A stretch of 63,009 nucleotides of DNA, counting the filler, from Chiloscyllium plagiosum (Eukaryota), in the NCBI RefSeq assembly GCF_004010195.1. It is 4 parts of one record of this genome, joined end to end, with 100 filler letters (N's around TTAATTAATTAA, not from the genome) between each part and the next. Parts side by side here need not be neighbours in the genome. Positions count along the whole stretch, not along the records: positions 35,491 to 54,747 come from NC_057713.1; 3 more parts are not named here. One strand, written 5' to 3'. Numbering within the stretch: position 1 is the first letter of the stretch; every line of letters begins with the position of its first letter. Below, one piece after another: positions 37,323-49,142 of the stretch. Under the pieces are notes generated by a model. It saw only the letters and a list, made by a program, of their open reading frames with translations. It searched no databases and was not told the DNA's origin. Made by a program: the position numbers and the translations under genes.

Positions 37323-37756
37323 CCTCTCCCAGCAAGCGGCCCCCACCTCTGGGTGCTGTGCTCCTTTCCCTATGGAGGTCCCCACCTCTGGGTGGTCTGC
37401 CCCTCTCCCAGCAAGCGGCCCCCACCTCTGGGTGCTGTGCTCCTTTCCCTATGGAGGTCCCCACCTCTGGGTGGTCTGCCCCTCTCCCAGCAAGCGGCCC
37501 CCACCTCTGGGTGCTGTGCTCCTTTCCCTATGGAGGTCCCCACCTCTGGGTGGTCTGCCCCTCTCCCAGCAAGCGGCCCCCACCTCTGGGTGCTGTGCTC
37601 CTTTCCCTATGGAGGTCCCCACCTCTGGGTGGTCTGCCCCTCTCCCAGCAAGCGGCCCCCACCTCTGGGTGCTGTGCTCCTTTCCCTATGGAGGTCCCCA
37701 CCTCTGGGTGGTCTGCCCCTCTCCCAGCAAGCGGCCCCCACCTCTGGGTGCTGTGT
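37323..37756. repeat. 79-bp VNTR, ~5.5 near-identical copies, in RIOK1 intron 1
   Basis: AGCAAGCGGC recurs at 37331, 37410, 37489, 37568, 37647 and 37726. Confidence 0.97.
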
Positions 37757-38887
37757 CCCTCTTCCACTTTCTCTTTCTCAGTGGATGCCATTCTTTGCTT
37801 TCTCTCCTTCCCTCCTGTGTATGCCTTCCATATGCTCTCTGTCCCCTCTGTTGTGCCTCTCTGATGCAATCCCTCAGGAGCCCTGCCAGGTGTGGTTCCT
37901 GTGAATGTTTATGTCAAGTATTGTGTGCTGTCACATATAGTGAGGCTAGTTTGTGTTTTGTTAAAGATGACCCTGTATGTGATTATCTAGCTACAGTCCT
38001 AGGGTACTCCACTAGTATGGTCACATGGATGATCAACTGTGCATGTTTCTCTGCTTATCCTGCTGGAGCAGTCATAGGGTGCTTTGTTGGCTTATTGTGT
38101 TGAATGCAGTCCTGCAGATTCTGTGCTGTCTAGGCACAATGTGTTAATTCTTTACAATGTAAAAGCTTTGCATGAGCCCCGCTTTCTATTTATGTGTCTT
38201 GGTCTGTTGTGGTGGGTGATATAACTTCTGGTTCTTTTTCTGAGAGGTTGGTAAGTTGGGTTCAAATCGATATGGTTGTTAATAGAGTTCCGGTTTGAAT
38301 GCCATGTCTCCAGGAATTCCCACGTGTGTCTTTGTTTAGCCTGTCCCAGGATGGATGTATTGTCCCAGTTGAACTGGTGTCCCTTTTGTCCATGTGTATG
38401 GGTACTAGTGATAGTTGATCATGTCTTTTGGTGGTTAGTTGGTGCTCATGTAGCCTGGTGGCTAGCTTCCTGCTGGTCTGTCCAATGTAATGTTTGTTGC
38501 AGTCCTTGGAGGGTATTTTGTATATGGCATTTGTTCTGCTGGTTTTTGGTATGGGGTCCTTTAGATTCATCAGGACCTGTTTCAGTGTTGTGGGAGGTTT
38601 GTGGGCTCCCATGATGCCTAGGGGCCAGAGTAGTCTGATCATCATCTCTGAGATACCTTTAATGTATGGCAGGGTGGCTAGAGTCTCTGGGCGTATTGTG
38701 TCTTTTGTTTAGGTCTGCTGTGTAGGAATCAGCAGACTGTGCTAATTGGGTACCCATTGTTCCTGAATACATTGTATGGATGTTTTTCCTTGGCTTCTCT
38801 TATTCCTGGATGCTGTATTTTTTTGGCTAGTTTAAATTATGTCCTGATGCAGCTCCGTTTCTGGGTGTTGGGATGATTGCTCCTGTA

Positions 38888-39097
38888 GTTGAAAAATGTG
38901 GTGCTGGAAAAACACAACAGGCCAGACAGCATCCGAGGAGCAGGAGAATCGACGTTTCGGGCATAAGCCCTTCCCGAAGAAGGGCTTATGCCCGAAACGT
39001 CGATTCTCCTCCTCGGATGCTGCCAGGCCTGCTGTGTTTTTCCAGCACCACATTTTTCAATTCTGGTACTCCAGCATCTGCAGTCCTCGCTTTCTCC
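38888..39097. mobile_element. Palindromic Penelope-derived short insertion with target-site duplication
   Basis: 38889-38973 and 38978-39060 are inverted copies; flanked by TGATTGCTCCTGTA (38874-38887 and 39098-39111). Confidence 0.9.
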
Positions 39098-39899
39098 TGA
39101 TTGCTCCTGTAATTGAGTATCTGGTCAGAGTGTGTGATTTTCCACTCTCCATTGGTTTTTCATTCTACTGTGACCTCTAGGAAGAGATATCTGTTGTTGT
39201 TTTCTTCCTCTTTGGTGAACGTTATAACAGTAAGGATGTTGTTTATGTGTTTGTGGGTTTCTTCTAATTTGTTGCGTTTCATGATGTCAAAGGTATCATC
39301 CACACAGCGGACCAAAAGCTTGGGTGGGATCATGGGAAGGCCTGGTCATTCTAACCTCTGCATGACTGCTTCTGCTAAGAATCCTGATATTTGTAATCTC
39401 ATGGGTATCCTGTTGATTCGTTTTTAAATCGTATCTTTGAAGGTGAAGTGGGTTGTGAGACTCAGATCTTGTAGTTTGAGGATGCTCTCCTTGCTGATGG
39501 AGTTGTTGCTGTCAGGTGTTTGTGTCCTTGGTTCGTCTAACAGTGAGGCCAGAGTTTCTTTGGCTAGAGTGATGTTTATTGATGTGAATAGGGCTGTCAC
39601 ATCGAAGGAAACCACAACCTCATCGTCTTCTACCTTGGTGTCTTTGATGATGTTAAGGAATTCCTGGGTGGAGTGGACGGAGTGGCCAAAGTCTTCTACT
39701 AGGTGTTTCAGTTTGCGTTGTAGTTCCTTTGCTAGTCTGTATGTCAGTATACCAGGAAGTGAGACTATGGGTCTGAGGGAAGACCCCATGTTTATGTACG
39801 TTTGATAATCCATAGAAACGGGCGTGTTGGATCCGTCAGATTTCATTCTTTGGAAGTCTGTCTTGTTAATTTTACCTGTCTTGTGTAGTTTCCTCAGAG

Positions 39900-39991
39900 A
39901 TGGAAATGTGTTGCTGGAGAAGCGCAGCAGGTCAGGCAGCATCTAGGGAACAGGAGAATCGACGTTTCGGGCATTAGCCCTTCTTCAGGAA
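39900..39991 (-). mobile_element. 92-bp hammerhead-bearing insertion with 13-bp TSD
   Basis: Flanked by AGTTTCCTCAGAG (39887-39899 and 39992-40004); minus strand TTCCTGAAGAAGGGCTAATGCCCGAAACGTCGATTC. Confidence 0.88.
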
Positions 39992-42194
39992 AGTTTCCTC
40001 AGAGTTTGCTGTGGAGTTGGGTCCATCGCCACCTGTTAGTAGGTATTGGTATCTGTGTGTTTGTTTTTTCAGTGTATTGTGTTCTGTTCAGGATGACGGT
40101 CACGTGCCCCTTGTCTGCCAGTAGGATTACGATATTCTTGCCTTTTCTGAGTCTTTCTAAGGCCTTCCTTTCCTTTGGGTTGAGGGTGTTCCCTTCTACC
40201 TTTCTACTTAGTGTTGGTGTTACTGTCTGTCTGATGGCCTGCTGGATTTCTTTTGTAAGTCCGTTGTCTTTCAGGGTGGGTTCAAATGCTGTTAGGAAGT
40301 CCTTTTTGTCTGCGTTCCTGTGATTGAAGTTCATTCCTCGTACTCGGACAGCTTTTTCCATGTCTATGAGTGGTCGATCCAATGGTTCTTTATTCAAGTC
40401 TCTGAATTGTCTATGTTATTGCTGTACCAGTTTTTCTTGTAGGGCTAGTCTTTTCCTTGTCTTGGTCTGCTGTTGTTCAGTGTTGATGGCTCGTTCTAGC
40501 GTACTTGTCCATTCATGGTCAGCCGAATTAGTGTGCAGTGTTTATTGGCGCGCAGTGTCTTGATCGTATTTGTGGAGCCGGTTGTGGGCATCATTTGTCA
40601 TTTCTCGTAGAATCCTGTGGCCTTTCTGTTCTGCTGTTCTTCTGGCTTATGGGGTGGTGAGATTGGTTTTGTATTTGACACATTGTGGTAATGCCTGATT
40701 CCTGAGGTATTCCTGTAGGAAGTACAGTTGTTGGCAGGTGGTGCTCAGTCAGATGGTATTGGTTTCCCATCTTTGGGCTAATTTGAGCGTATTGCACCCA
40801 TAGGTTTTTACAATTTTAGAGAAGGTTTTTGCAGCTACCGTTATACTTTTGCTCCTGCGCTGATAGATTTATTCTCAGAAGTTTCGTCACCATGCTCCTT
40901 GGATGCTGCCTGAACTGCTGTGCTCTTCCAGCACCACTGATCCAGAATCTGGTTTCCAGCATCTGCAGTCATTGTTTTTACAACCTCATCAGTGAGCCTC
41001 CAATGAAGTGCTGGTGTTCTGTCCTGCTTGCTATTTATGTGTCTTGGTCTGTTGTGGTGGGTGATACCTCTTCCAATTCTTTTTCTGAGAGGTTGGTAAA
41101 TGGGGTCTGGAAGTGATGTCACCCACCACAACAGACCAAGACACACAAATTGCAAGCAGGTCAGAACACCAGCGCTTCATCGGTGGCTCACTGATGTTAC
41201 CTAGCATGGTGACGAAATGTCTAAGAAATGTCTAAGAACAAATCTACCAGTTCAGTGAGCAAACTTAGAACCTGACCGAAAACCTGAGGTACAAATCATC
41301 TCTAAAATCACTAATAGTTATTGAGTTGTGGAGTGCATTGCCCAACAATATTCAATTCAGCACATTGAAACAGATTATTCAATAATTTTAAGCAATATTC
41401 AGAATACTGAAAAAAGCCTAATGGCTGAAGAGAATATTTTTAATGTGTATGGTGTTGAGATGAAAAGTGAAGGACAAGGGGAATCCGATCGCTGTTCTGT
41501 GAGAGATGAGTTGGTGAGAGCAGAAGTGTTAAAAGAAAGGCAGGAATTGGCTGCACACAGTTGAAGGTTTTGTCACCTTTGGTAGTGGATATCTTTAGTT
41601 GGGGTTAAAGAAGATATCTGATATGTGATTTATGTGGCTATATATGTTTGTTTTTCATTCCATTTCCCCATTTCAATGGCATAAACCCCATGCATTTCTA
41701 TTTTCCTTCCGTTCTGAAGAAATGAAATGTTGCATTTGCAATATTGTATTTTGAATTTTGCATTCTATTTTCGTTTGTTTTTTTTCATTGATTTTATTTT
41801 GTCTTCTCAATTCTTCTAATTAACTATTTTCCAAGATCAGTTAATTCTGGAGAAAATCCGGGCTTGATTGGCTAGTAAGCCATCAAGGAACATCTCTAAA
41901 CTGAAATATTACCATAATGCACAGAATTTAAATACAAAGGGTTGAAATCTAAAGATGAAATGCATAAAAGCAGCTTTATTTTTTAAATCAAAATGAGTGA
42001 TTGCTGCTCACAATGAGAGGCACTTAGCAATTTATAGGAGGGCCTCAGTGAGATCGCACTTGAATTGCTGTGTACATTTTGACTTCCTTTGACTAGGAAA
42101 GAGTTTAAACCAGTCTGGTTCGTAGGATGAGATTTATCTGTTTAAAAAAAAAATGTTTAGATTGAGCCTATATCACCTGGAATTTATAAGAATG

Positions 42195-42494
42195 AGGCTG
42201 AACAGGCTGGGACTGATTTAGGGTGAGAGGGGAAAGATATAAAAAATATCTAAGGGGCAACGTTTTCACACAGAGGGTGGTACAAGTATGGAATGAGCTG
42301 CCAGAGGAAGTGGTGGAGACTGGTACAATTGCAACATTTAAGAGTCATTTGGATGGGTATATGAATACGGAGGGTTTGGAGGGACATGGGCCGGGTGCTG
42401 GCAGGTGGGACTAAATTGGGTTGGGATATCTTGTCAGCATGGACTGGTTGGTCCGAAGGGTCTGTTTCCATGCTGTACATCTCTATGACTCTAT
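42195..42494 (+). mobile_element. CR1 LINE 3' end
   Basis: FTQRVVQVWNELPEEVVE; tail CTCTATGACTCTA. Confidence 0.92.
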
Positions 42495-43146
42495 AGCACT
42501 TCGACAAGTTCAAGGTAACCAGACAGAGCAAAACGGTTTTTTGAAAAGGAAATCGTGTTTAACTTATTTATTGATGTTTTTTGAGCTGGTTCTGATGTGA
42601 ATTTCATAATACTGTAGTTAGCTAGATTAACCCACCTATATACAATTGCCTTGGCATCTCTTTCTGCTTTAATGCATTTTTTTTTAATGTATGCTCCTCT
42701 TCTAGTGTCTCTGTTCATCCATGAGCAGAGTTGTCTGCCAATATAAACAGGACAACTTATTGAGGTGTTAAATTCAAATATTGAGTACAGGAAAGCTATT
42801 TAAGCTCTTGCAAACAAAAGACCAAATTTCAAGATAATTCAATGTACAATCGAGTGAATGTATCTACCTCTAATCAATAAAATTGAGAAAATAGTTGTTA
42901 TATTTTTGATAGTTTAGTTCTGTCAGAGCAATATGATTGGGCTGGGAGGTTTCTTATAGAAAATTAAGGTATTTATTTAATATATGCATGCTTCCCTGTA
43001 TCTGATGTTATGATCCTGAGTACTGCATTGCAGTCTCATGGAAATATATTTAGCCGATTTTTATCTTGAAAATTGTTGATACTTTTAATCAGTTTGATTT
43101 GTGATCCTAACACACACTCACTCACACCATTATAAAGCCTATTTAT

Positions 43147-45500
43147 GGAGATTCAAGATGCCGGCTGTCTGAAAAGTCTCTGGGTTGGGCTCTGTGCCAT
43201 ACCCCAGGTGAGGTGGGCTCAGAAAAATTGTCAGTGTAAAGCAAGCAGAACACCTAGAACTGTTTTCGTTTGGATTTGGAGACTTTGGAGTCAAAATGAA
43301 GGCAAATAAGGGAAAGGGAGCAAGAGAAGCACTGCAGGCAGGGCAGTCCCTACTATATCGAGTACACCTGCAGTGCCTTTAAGCTCAGGGGAGCAGCACC
43401 ATCTGCTCTTGGAGTTTGCGAAACTCTGTTTAAAAAAATTGAAACAGTGCTGGAACCGAACTCTGCCATGCTGAAAAGCATGAAAAGGAGATTCGGTTAT
43501 TGGATCGACATGTAGAAGCGGTCAAGCAAAGACCACAGCGTCGGAGACCACGACGGAGAACTCAAAGAGGCAGATCTGAACCTTCGTGGGCCAGCTTCGG
43601 GCCTTGCTGGTGCAGGTTGACAACCTTAAATACGTGTAGTGAGTCTTCTGGAGTGCAAGGGAGGCGAGAATCTGGCCGGGTTCCTGGAGAAATGGCTCCC
43701 GGAGTTGCTGGGGCTAGAAATCGAGTCAGGCTGGGCAAATGTGGAGTGAGCCCACCGGATCGCGATGTGCTGGTCCAGCTCGGATCAGTGCCCCTGCCCG
43801 GTCCTAGTTCGATTCCAGCACTATAAAGGAAAGCAGTTAATAATAAAAACATCAGGAAGACTGGGAAGTGACTCACAGCCTCTAGTATGTAAAGGTTTGA
43901 GAATAATATCTTGAAAAAACATTATTCTCAAACCTTTATATACTAGAGGATGGGGCCATAACTAAGAAGAGGAAAGCTTTTGATGATAAAAAAATTAAGA
44001 GACTTAAATATTCAGTATTCTCTGAGGTATCTGGCAGTACTGTGTTTTAATTATGGGGGATTTGTCGATAACTTCGACTTGGCGGAAAAAGCAAAAGAAT
44101 TTGTGAACTCACTGAAATAATAGACTTGTACCGAGGGGGAAAGAGGGGGAATAAACTTACTGATTATGGACAAGATAAAGTCTATGGCTGGGTACTATGA
44201 GAGCCTGATTATCTTAAATATAGTGAAAGCATGGAGGATAATCTGGCAGGATCCGGACAATTTGCATAAGGCTTTGCCGTTCTCCTCATTAGTGGGAGCC
44301 CCAGGATTTAGACTGGGGTCAATGGACTCTGGCTTTAGAGCATGGTGGGGTAAGGAAATCTCCTGTTTGGGAGATTTATTCGAGAGCGGTCTTGATGTCT
44401 TTCAACCAGGTAAGCCAGAGATACGGGATTCCTAATTGGGACCTTTTTCGATACTTCCAAGTTGGGGATTCTTTACAGAAGAAGACCACACTCTTGGCTC
44501 AGCCCTACAAGTAGGATATAGAGAAGAGTGCTCTGGTCTGGGACGCTCTCTCGGTTAGTACTATATACTGTCTGCAGAGAGGGAACGCCATGGGATCTGG
44601 AGTAAGGAGTTTGGGCAAGAAATTTCATCGGAAACATGAGCGGATATATGGGGGAATGTAAAGAAAATTTCAATATGCAATAAAGCACAAGCTATGCAAT
44701 TGAAGATCCTCCATAGGGCCCATATGGCACCAGAGAGTTTAGCAAAGTTTAAGAAAGGATCTTCTCCAGAATGTCCCAAATGTAAAATCAACAAAGGCAC
44801 CCTCATGCATTGCTTTTAGTCTTGCTACAAGATTTGCGGATATTGGGGTGCCATAATGAATGAGCTGGAGAAGATCCTAGGAACTGAAGTTAAGGCGGAT
44901 CTGGTATCCCTTCTTTTGGGGCTACCGGACCTGCCCTCTCTGGGTGAGCAAGGGAAGAGGTTATTTAACATTCTTACACACTGTGCGAGGAAGAACATTC
45001 TCATGAACTGGATATCAGAAAACCTCAGGGTCTTGTGGGGTGGCGCATATTGTGATGGAGCATGTGCCCAAGATTATTTGACAAGTAGGTGCACCATGGA
45101 ACGGAGCAATTTTATAAGACGTGGTGACCATTTTTAAATTATGTAGACATGGATCTATCAGCTGTACTGATTAGGGCCTTTATATAGCCGCGAAGGTTGT
45201 ATATGGTGGTTCGGGGGCCCAAGGGGAAGGAGGCCTAGTAAATACGAGTATAGTAATGTTTGGACAGGACCTTCGGTGGAGGTGCAGCAAGTCGGGGGAG
45301 TAGTATAATGTAACGTAATTTAATTTTGCTATTTCATTTGAGTTTATTTTCACTGGAAAAATCAAATAAATATGAGTAGGTAGTTTATTGTTAACATTGA
45401 TGTAATATAATGTATTATTTCTACTTTTCTGTATTTTTGTAATTTTATAAATTTTTGTTTTTTGTAAAAGAGTAAACATTTTTCAATAAATATATAAAGA
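43147..45500 (+). mobile_element. Internally deleted L1-clade element: 5' UTR, ORF1, ORF2 C-terminus only, 3' UTR
   Basis: 5' CAAGATGCCGGC; ORF1 end ...AVLCFNYGGFVDNFDLAEKAKEFVNSLK* at ~44120; 44160-45185 matches the post-RT part of the L1 at 26100-27220 (SCLGDLF, QLKILHRAH, CPKC); AATAAA at ~45485. Confidence 0.85.
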
Positions 45501-46050
45501 ACATTTACTTCCACCTATGTAACAGCATCCAGTGCTGCCATTGCCTCATTTTAGCTGCTGAAATTAATATTACATGCATCCCAACTCAGTGTTCTGTATA
45601 GCTATCACACATGTGTATATTGTCCTCCAGAGGCAATCATTAGGCAAGATTAATATTTTTTATATTCACAACCTTGTTTTAAAATCCACTTGTGCCCTCG
45701 TTTCTTCTTGCCATTGTAATATTAAACATTAAAACCATTCAAGAGCTCTGCACTCCTCTCAATTTTGATGTCTTGTATATCTCTCTTTTTATCCTTCCAC
45801 ATCTAGCACCAATGTTCCCAACTGTGTCTAGACCATAAACTCTGGAATTCCCTCCTTAGACTCTGCACCTTTCTATTTCACATTAAAGCATTCCTTAAAT
45901 CTTTGACCAAGCTTGTGGCACTTTATCTACCTAATATCATCTTATGTGGCACAGTGATAAATTTTGTTTATGATAACATTTTTGTTCTCAGCATCATGAG
46001 GTGTTTTACTACGTTAAAGGCATTGTGACAAATGCAAGCTCTTGTTGTTT
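45500..46050 (+). mobile_element. L2-like LINE 3' end
   Basis: CTCTGGAATTCCCTCC...TTCCTTAAA...TTTGACCAAGCTT...TTACTACGTTAAAGGC...AAATGCAAG-(TTG)n tail. Confidence 0.65.
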
Positions 46051-46052
46051 AG

Positions 46053-46233
46053 TGATTGTGGCTGTCCTGAGCAAACACAACAGGCAGCACGAAAAGTCAA
46101 CAGTTTATATCTGAGTAACTCTGAGGAAGAGGAACATTATATCGCAAGTGATGATGGCGAAGAATGGGACTGGGATGTTTGTGATGGAGACCTCACCAAG
46201 CGCTATACTGCTTCCAGGGGTTACAACCAGCAG
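46053..46233 (+). CDS. RIOK1: RIO kinase 1, coding exon 2
   Basis: AG/GT flanks, 181 nt, phase 2 to 0; acidic stretch ...EEEEHYIASDDGEEWDWD...YNQQ, comparable to the RIOK1 DDDWDWD region. Confidence 0.88.
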
Positions 46234-46289
46234 GTAATATAGTGCTTTGCAATTTCAATCAATGTTGAATTTATTTCTTTGCTTACAGT

Positions 46290-47095
46290 TAAAATAAAAG
46301 GCGCATAGGCAGATGGGGCATATAAAGTGGCTAAGTGTGAGGTTGCATGATGGGATATCGGAGGTGCAAAGTATTTCTTAAATGGTGAGTGATTGGGGAA
46401 TTTTGATGTATAAAGGGACCTGGATGTCTTTGCTTGTGAGTCACTGAAAGCTAACGTGCAGGTGCAGCTAGCAATTACAAATTGTTTATTTGTTTTTATC
46501 GTGTACAAAAGCAAAGATGTTTTTCTTCAATTGTATAAAACCTTGGTGAGACTGTATTTGGTGTATAGTATGCAGTTTTGGTCCCCTTGCCTAAGGAAAG
46601 AAGAATTCATTTGGCAAGGTGGAAGTGAGCATAAGTTTGCCAGACCGATACTTGTGATGGTGGAACTTCAGGCAGTTTGAGGAAAAGAGGCTATCCTCTA
46701 GAATTTAAAATAATGAGGTGAGATCTCAAGAAACTTATAGAATTTAATGGAGATAGACAGAAAATGTAAAAAGAATGTTTCCCCGGCTGAGTTTCAGAAG
46801 TTGGTCAGGAGTGGGAAGAAACAGTCTCTAGATGGCAAGTAATTTAGGATTGAGATGAAATATTTATTCATTTGGAGATTAGTTTTGGGAACTCTTGGAA
46901 TTCTGTATCCCAGACGGTTGTGCAAAATTTGGGTATTGAGTATTTTCAAGACAGAGGTCAATACAATAGGTTTCTAGATACTAATGGTATCAATGATAAA
47001 AGGATAGCACAGGAAAACGACGTTGAGTTAGGGAATCAGCCGTGATCTAGAAAACGTTTGATGGTTCACAGGGCTGAATAGACTACTCCACCTAT
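46290..47095 (+). mobile_element. Degenerate CR1 LINE 3' part
   Basis: YKSKDVFLQLYKTLVRLYLVYSMQFWSP. Confidence 0.85.
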
Positions 47096-47592
47096 TTCAA
47101 AACCTAGAGTTTGTAACAACTATCAAATTTGAACTATTCTGAGTAAATTCTATTTTCTGGGGTGCTCACCATATTCAGTGATGCCATTAATCCAGATGTA
47201 ATAGCAGGCTGATTTTTGCCAATAGCACCTTTTGTTATTGAATTCTCCAAATGTGGGACCGTGATAAATTTCATATAGATTAAAACAATGAATTGAAATA
47301 AACCTTCTTCTGAAAGCAAATCATATTTTTTTTTGGTAATTAAACAATGCAAAATGTATTTACATCTTTGTAAAAAAAAACAAGCAGACATTTGTTTTAT
47401 TTTAGTCTCCAGCAATAGTGAATTATTTTTCCCGTACTAATTTTATAGGTTTGAATTTTGTTAATAGACATTTTCTTATGTTCTGTTATACTTGCTTAAT
47501 CTCAACATATTACAAAGGTCTGCTCTTTTGCTTAATTTTAAGTCTGAGGCAGAATGGGCTTCATAGTTTCTTCTGCAATTTTGTCCTTTCAG

Positions 47593-47680
47593 GCAAATCG
47601 ACAAATTTCTTGTAATTCAGCAAAGATGGCCACTCCAACAGACAAGGTTCTGAGAAAGTTTGAACATAAAATTAATCTTG
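47593..47680 (+). CDS. RIOK1: RIO kinase 1, coding exon 3
   Basis: tttcag|[29 protein letters not shown]|gtaggt, 88 nt. Confidence 0.96.
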
Positions 47681-48084
47681 GTAGGTTTATTGGTGCAGGG
47701 CAAGTTCCAAGTTGTGAAAACAGTCTGATAAAACTATTATTATAATATTATGTTTGACATTTTAAGTCATCAATTAAGTACCTAAATGAGCAGGATTTGC
47801 AGAGCTTTATAACTTTCAGAATGCAAATTAGTTGCCAAACAAATATAGAGGGCTAATAAATCATATTAATACTGAAGATAGCAAGTTATTTTGTAATATT
47901 ACTGACATTTTTTGCTTTATTTTACATAAGAATGAACTTTTGAACAATGAAATCAAATTACATTCAAATTCAATAATGTGAGCCCAGTGTTTCAATTTGG
48001 TTTTTTGATACTTTATTGTTTCATTATGTATTAACTAAAACTATTCGGCATTCCAGTTATTATATCACAATGCGTTACCAAAAG

Positions 48085-48968
48085 ACCATAAGATTTTGAA
48101 GCAGAATTAAACCATTTGGCCCATTGAATTTGTCCTGTCATTCAGTCATGGTTGATATGTTTCTCAACCCCATTCTTCTTACCTCATCTCATAGCCCTTG
48201 ATCCCCTTACCAATCAAGAACTTATCTGTCTCTATCTTAAATACTTTCAGTGACTTTTCCTCTACAGCCTCTGTGGCATTGAGTTCCACAGATTAATCAT
48301 TCTCTGATTGAAGAAATTTATCCTCATCTCAGTTCTCAAAGGTAGTCCCTTTACTTTCCTTTGAGGCTATGCCTTTGGGTCCTAGTCTGTCCTATTAGTG
48401 GAAACATCTTCCCTACACCCACTCTATCCAGGCCCCTCAGTACAGATTTCACCCAACCCCCATCCTTCTAAACTCCATTGAGTACAGACCCAGAGACCTC
48501 AACCGCTCCTCAAATGACAAGCCCTTCATCCTTGGGATTATTCTCCTAAACCATCTTTGGACCACCTCGTTGGCCAGCACAGTCTTCTTTCAAAACAGAT
48601 CCCAAAACTGCACACAATGTCCCAAATATGATCTGACCAAAACATTATACAGTCTCAGCAGTATATCTCTCATCTTGTATTCTAGTCCACTTGAAATAAA
48701 TGCTAACATTGAATTTGCCTTCCTAACTGCTAATTGAACCTGCATGTTACCCTAAAGCAAATCCTGAATTAGGACTCCCAAGTCTCTTTGTACTTGAAAT
48801 TTCTAAAGCCTTTCCCCATTTAAAAAATAACCTCCCACTTTCTCACATTATATTCCATCTGTCATTTCTTTGCCCACTCTCATAGCCTGTCCAAGTCCTT
48901 TAACAGCCTGTCTGCTTCCTGAACACTACTTGTCCCTCTACCTATCTTTGTGTCATCTGCAAACTTAT
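48085..48968 (-). mobile_element. CR1 LINE 3' part
   Basis: NKFADDTKIGRG on the minus strand; CR1-type 3' UTR. Confidence 0.85.
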
Positions 48969-49142
48969 TGCAACGTGTTAAAGATTGATAGGATGCAAGT
49001 CTATGCTTATGATTTTTTGAAAAGTTGAATTTTAAATCTAGCATTAGTGTGGTTGAAATGCAGTTTGTGTGGTCAGTTAGGGGAGAATAGCTGAAAAGAT
49101 TCAACTATTTCATTATTATGCACCGAACGAGCAATTGCAAAG

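Larger units (their letters stand above)
38185..41315 (-). mobile_element. Penelope-like retroelement (RT and GIY-YIG), degenerate, with direct and inverted terminal repeats
   Basis: LRPIVS...SFDVTALFT (RT), ADKG, NAIYKIPSKDCNKHYIGQTSRKLATRLHEH (GIY-YIG); 38185-38262 is repeated at 41030-41105 and inverted at 41110-41195. Confidence 0.92.

Noticed and set aside
37323..37756. CRISPR-like regular repeat
   Set aside because: Units are contiguous and identical with no unique spacers, the context is eukaryotic, and there are no cas genes.
37289..38103. Long overlapping ORFs (183-243 aa)
   Set aside because: Translations of the stop-free 79-bp VNTR in RIOK1 intron 1.
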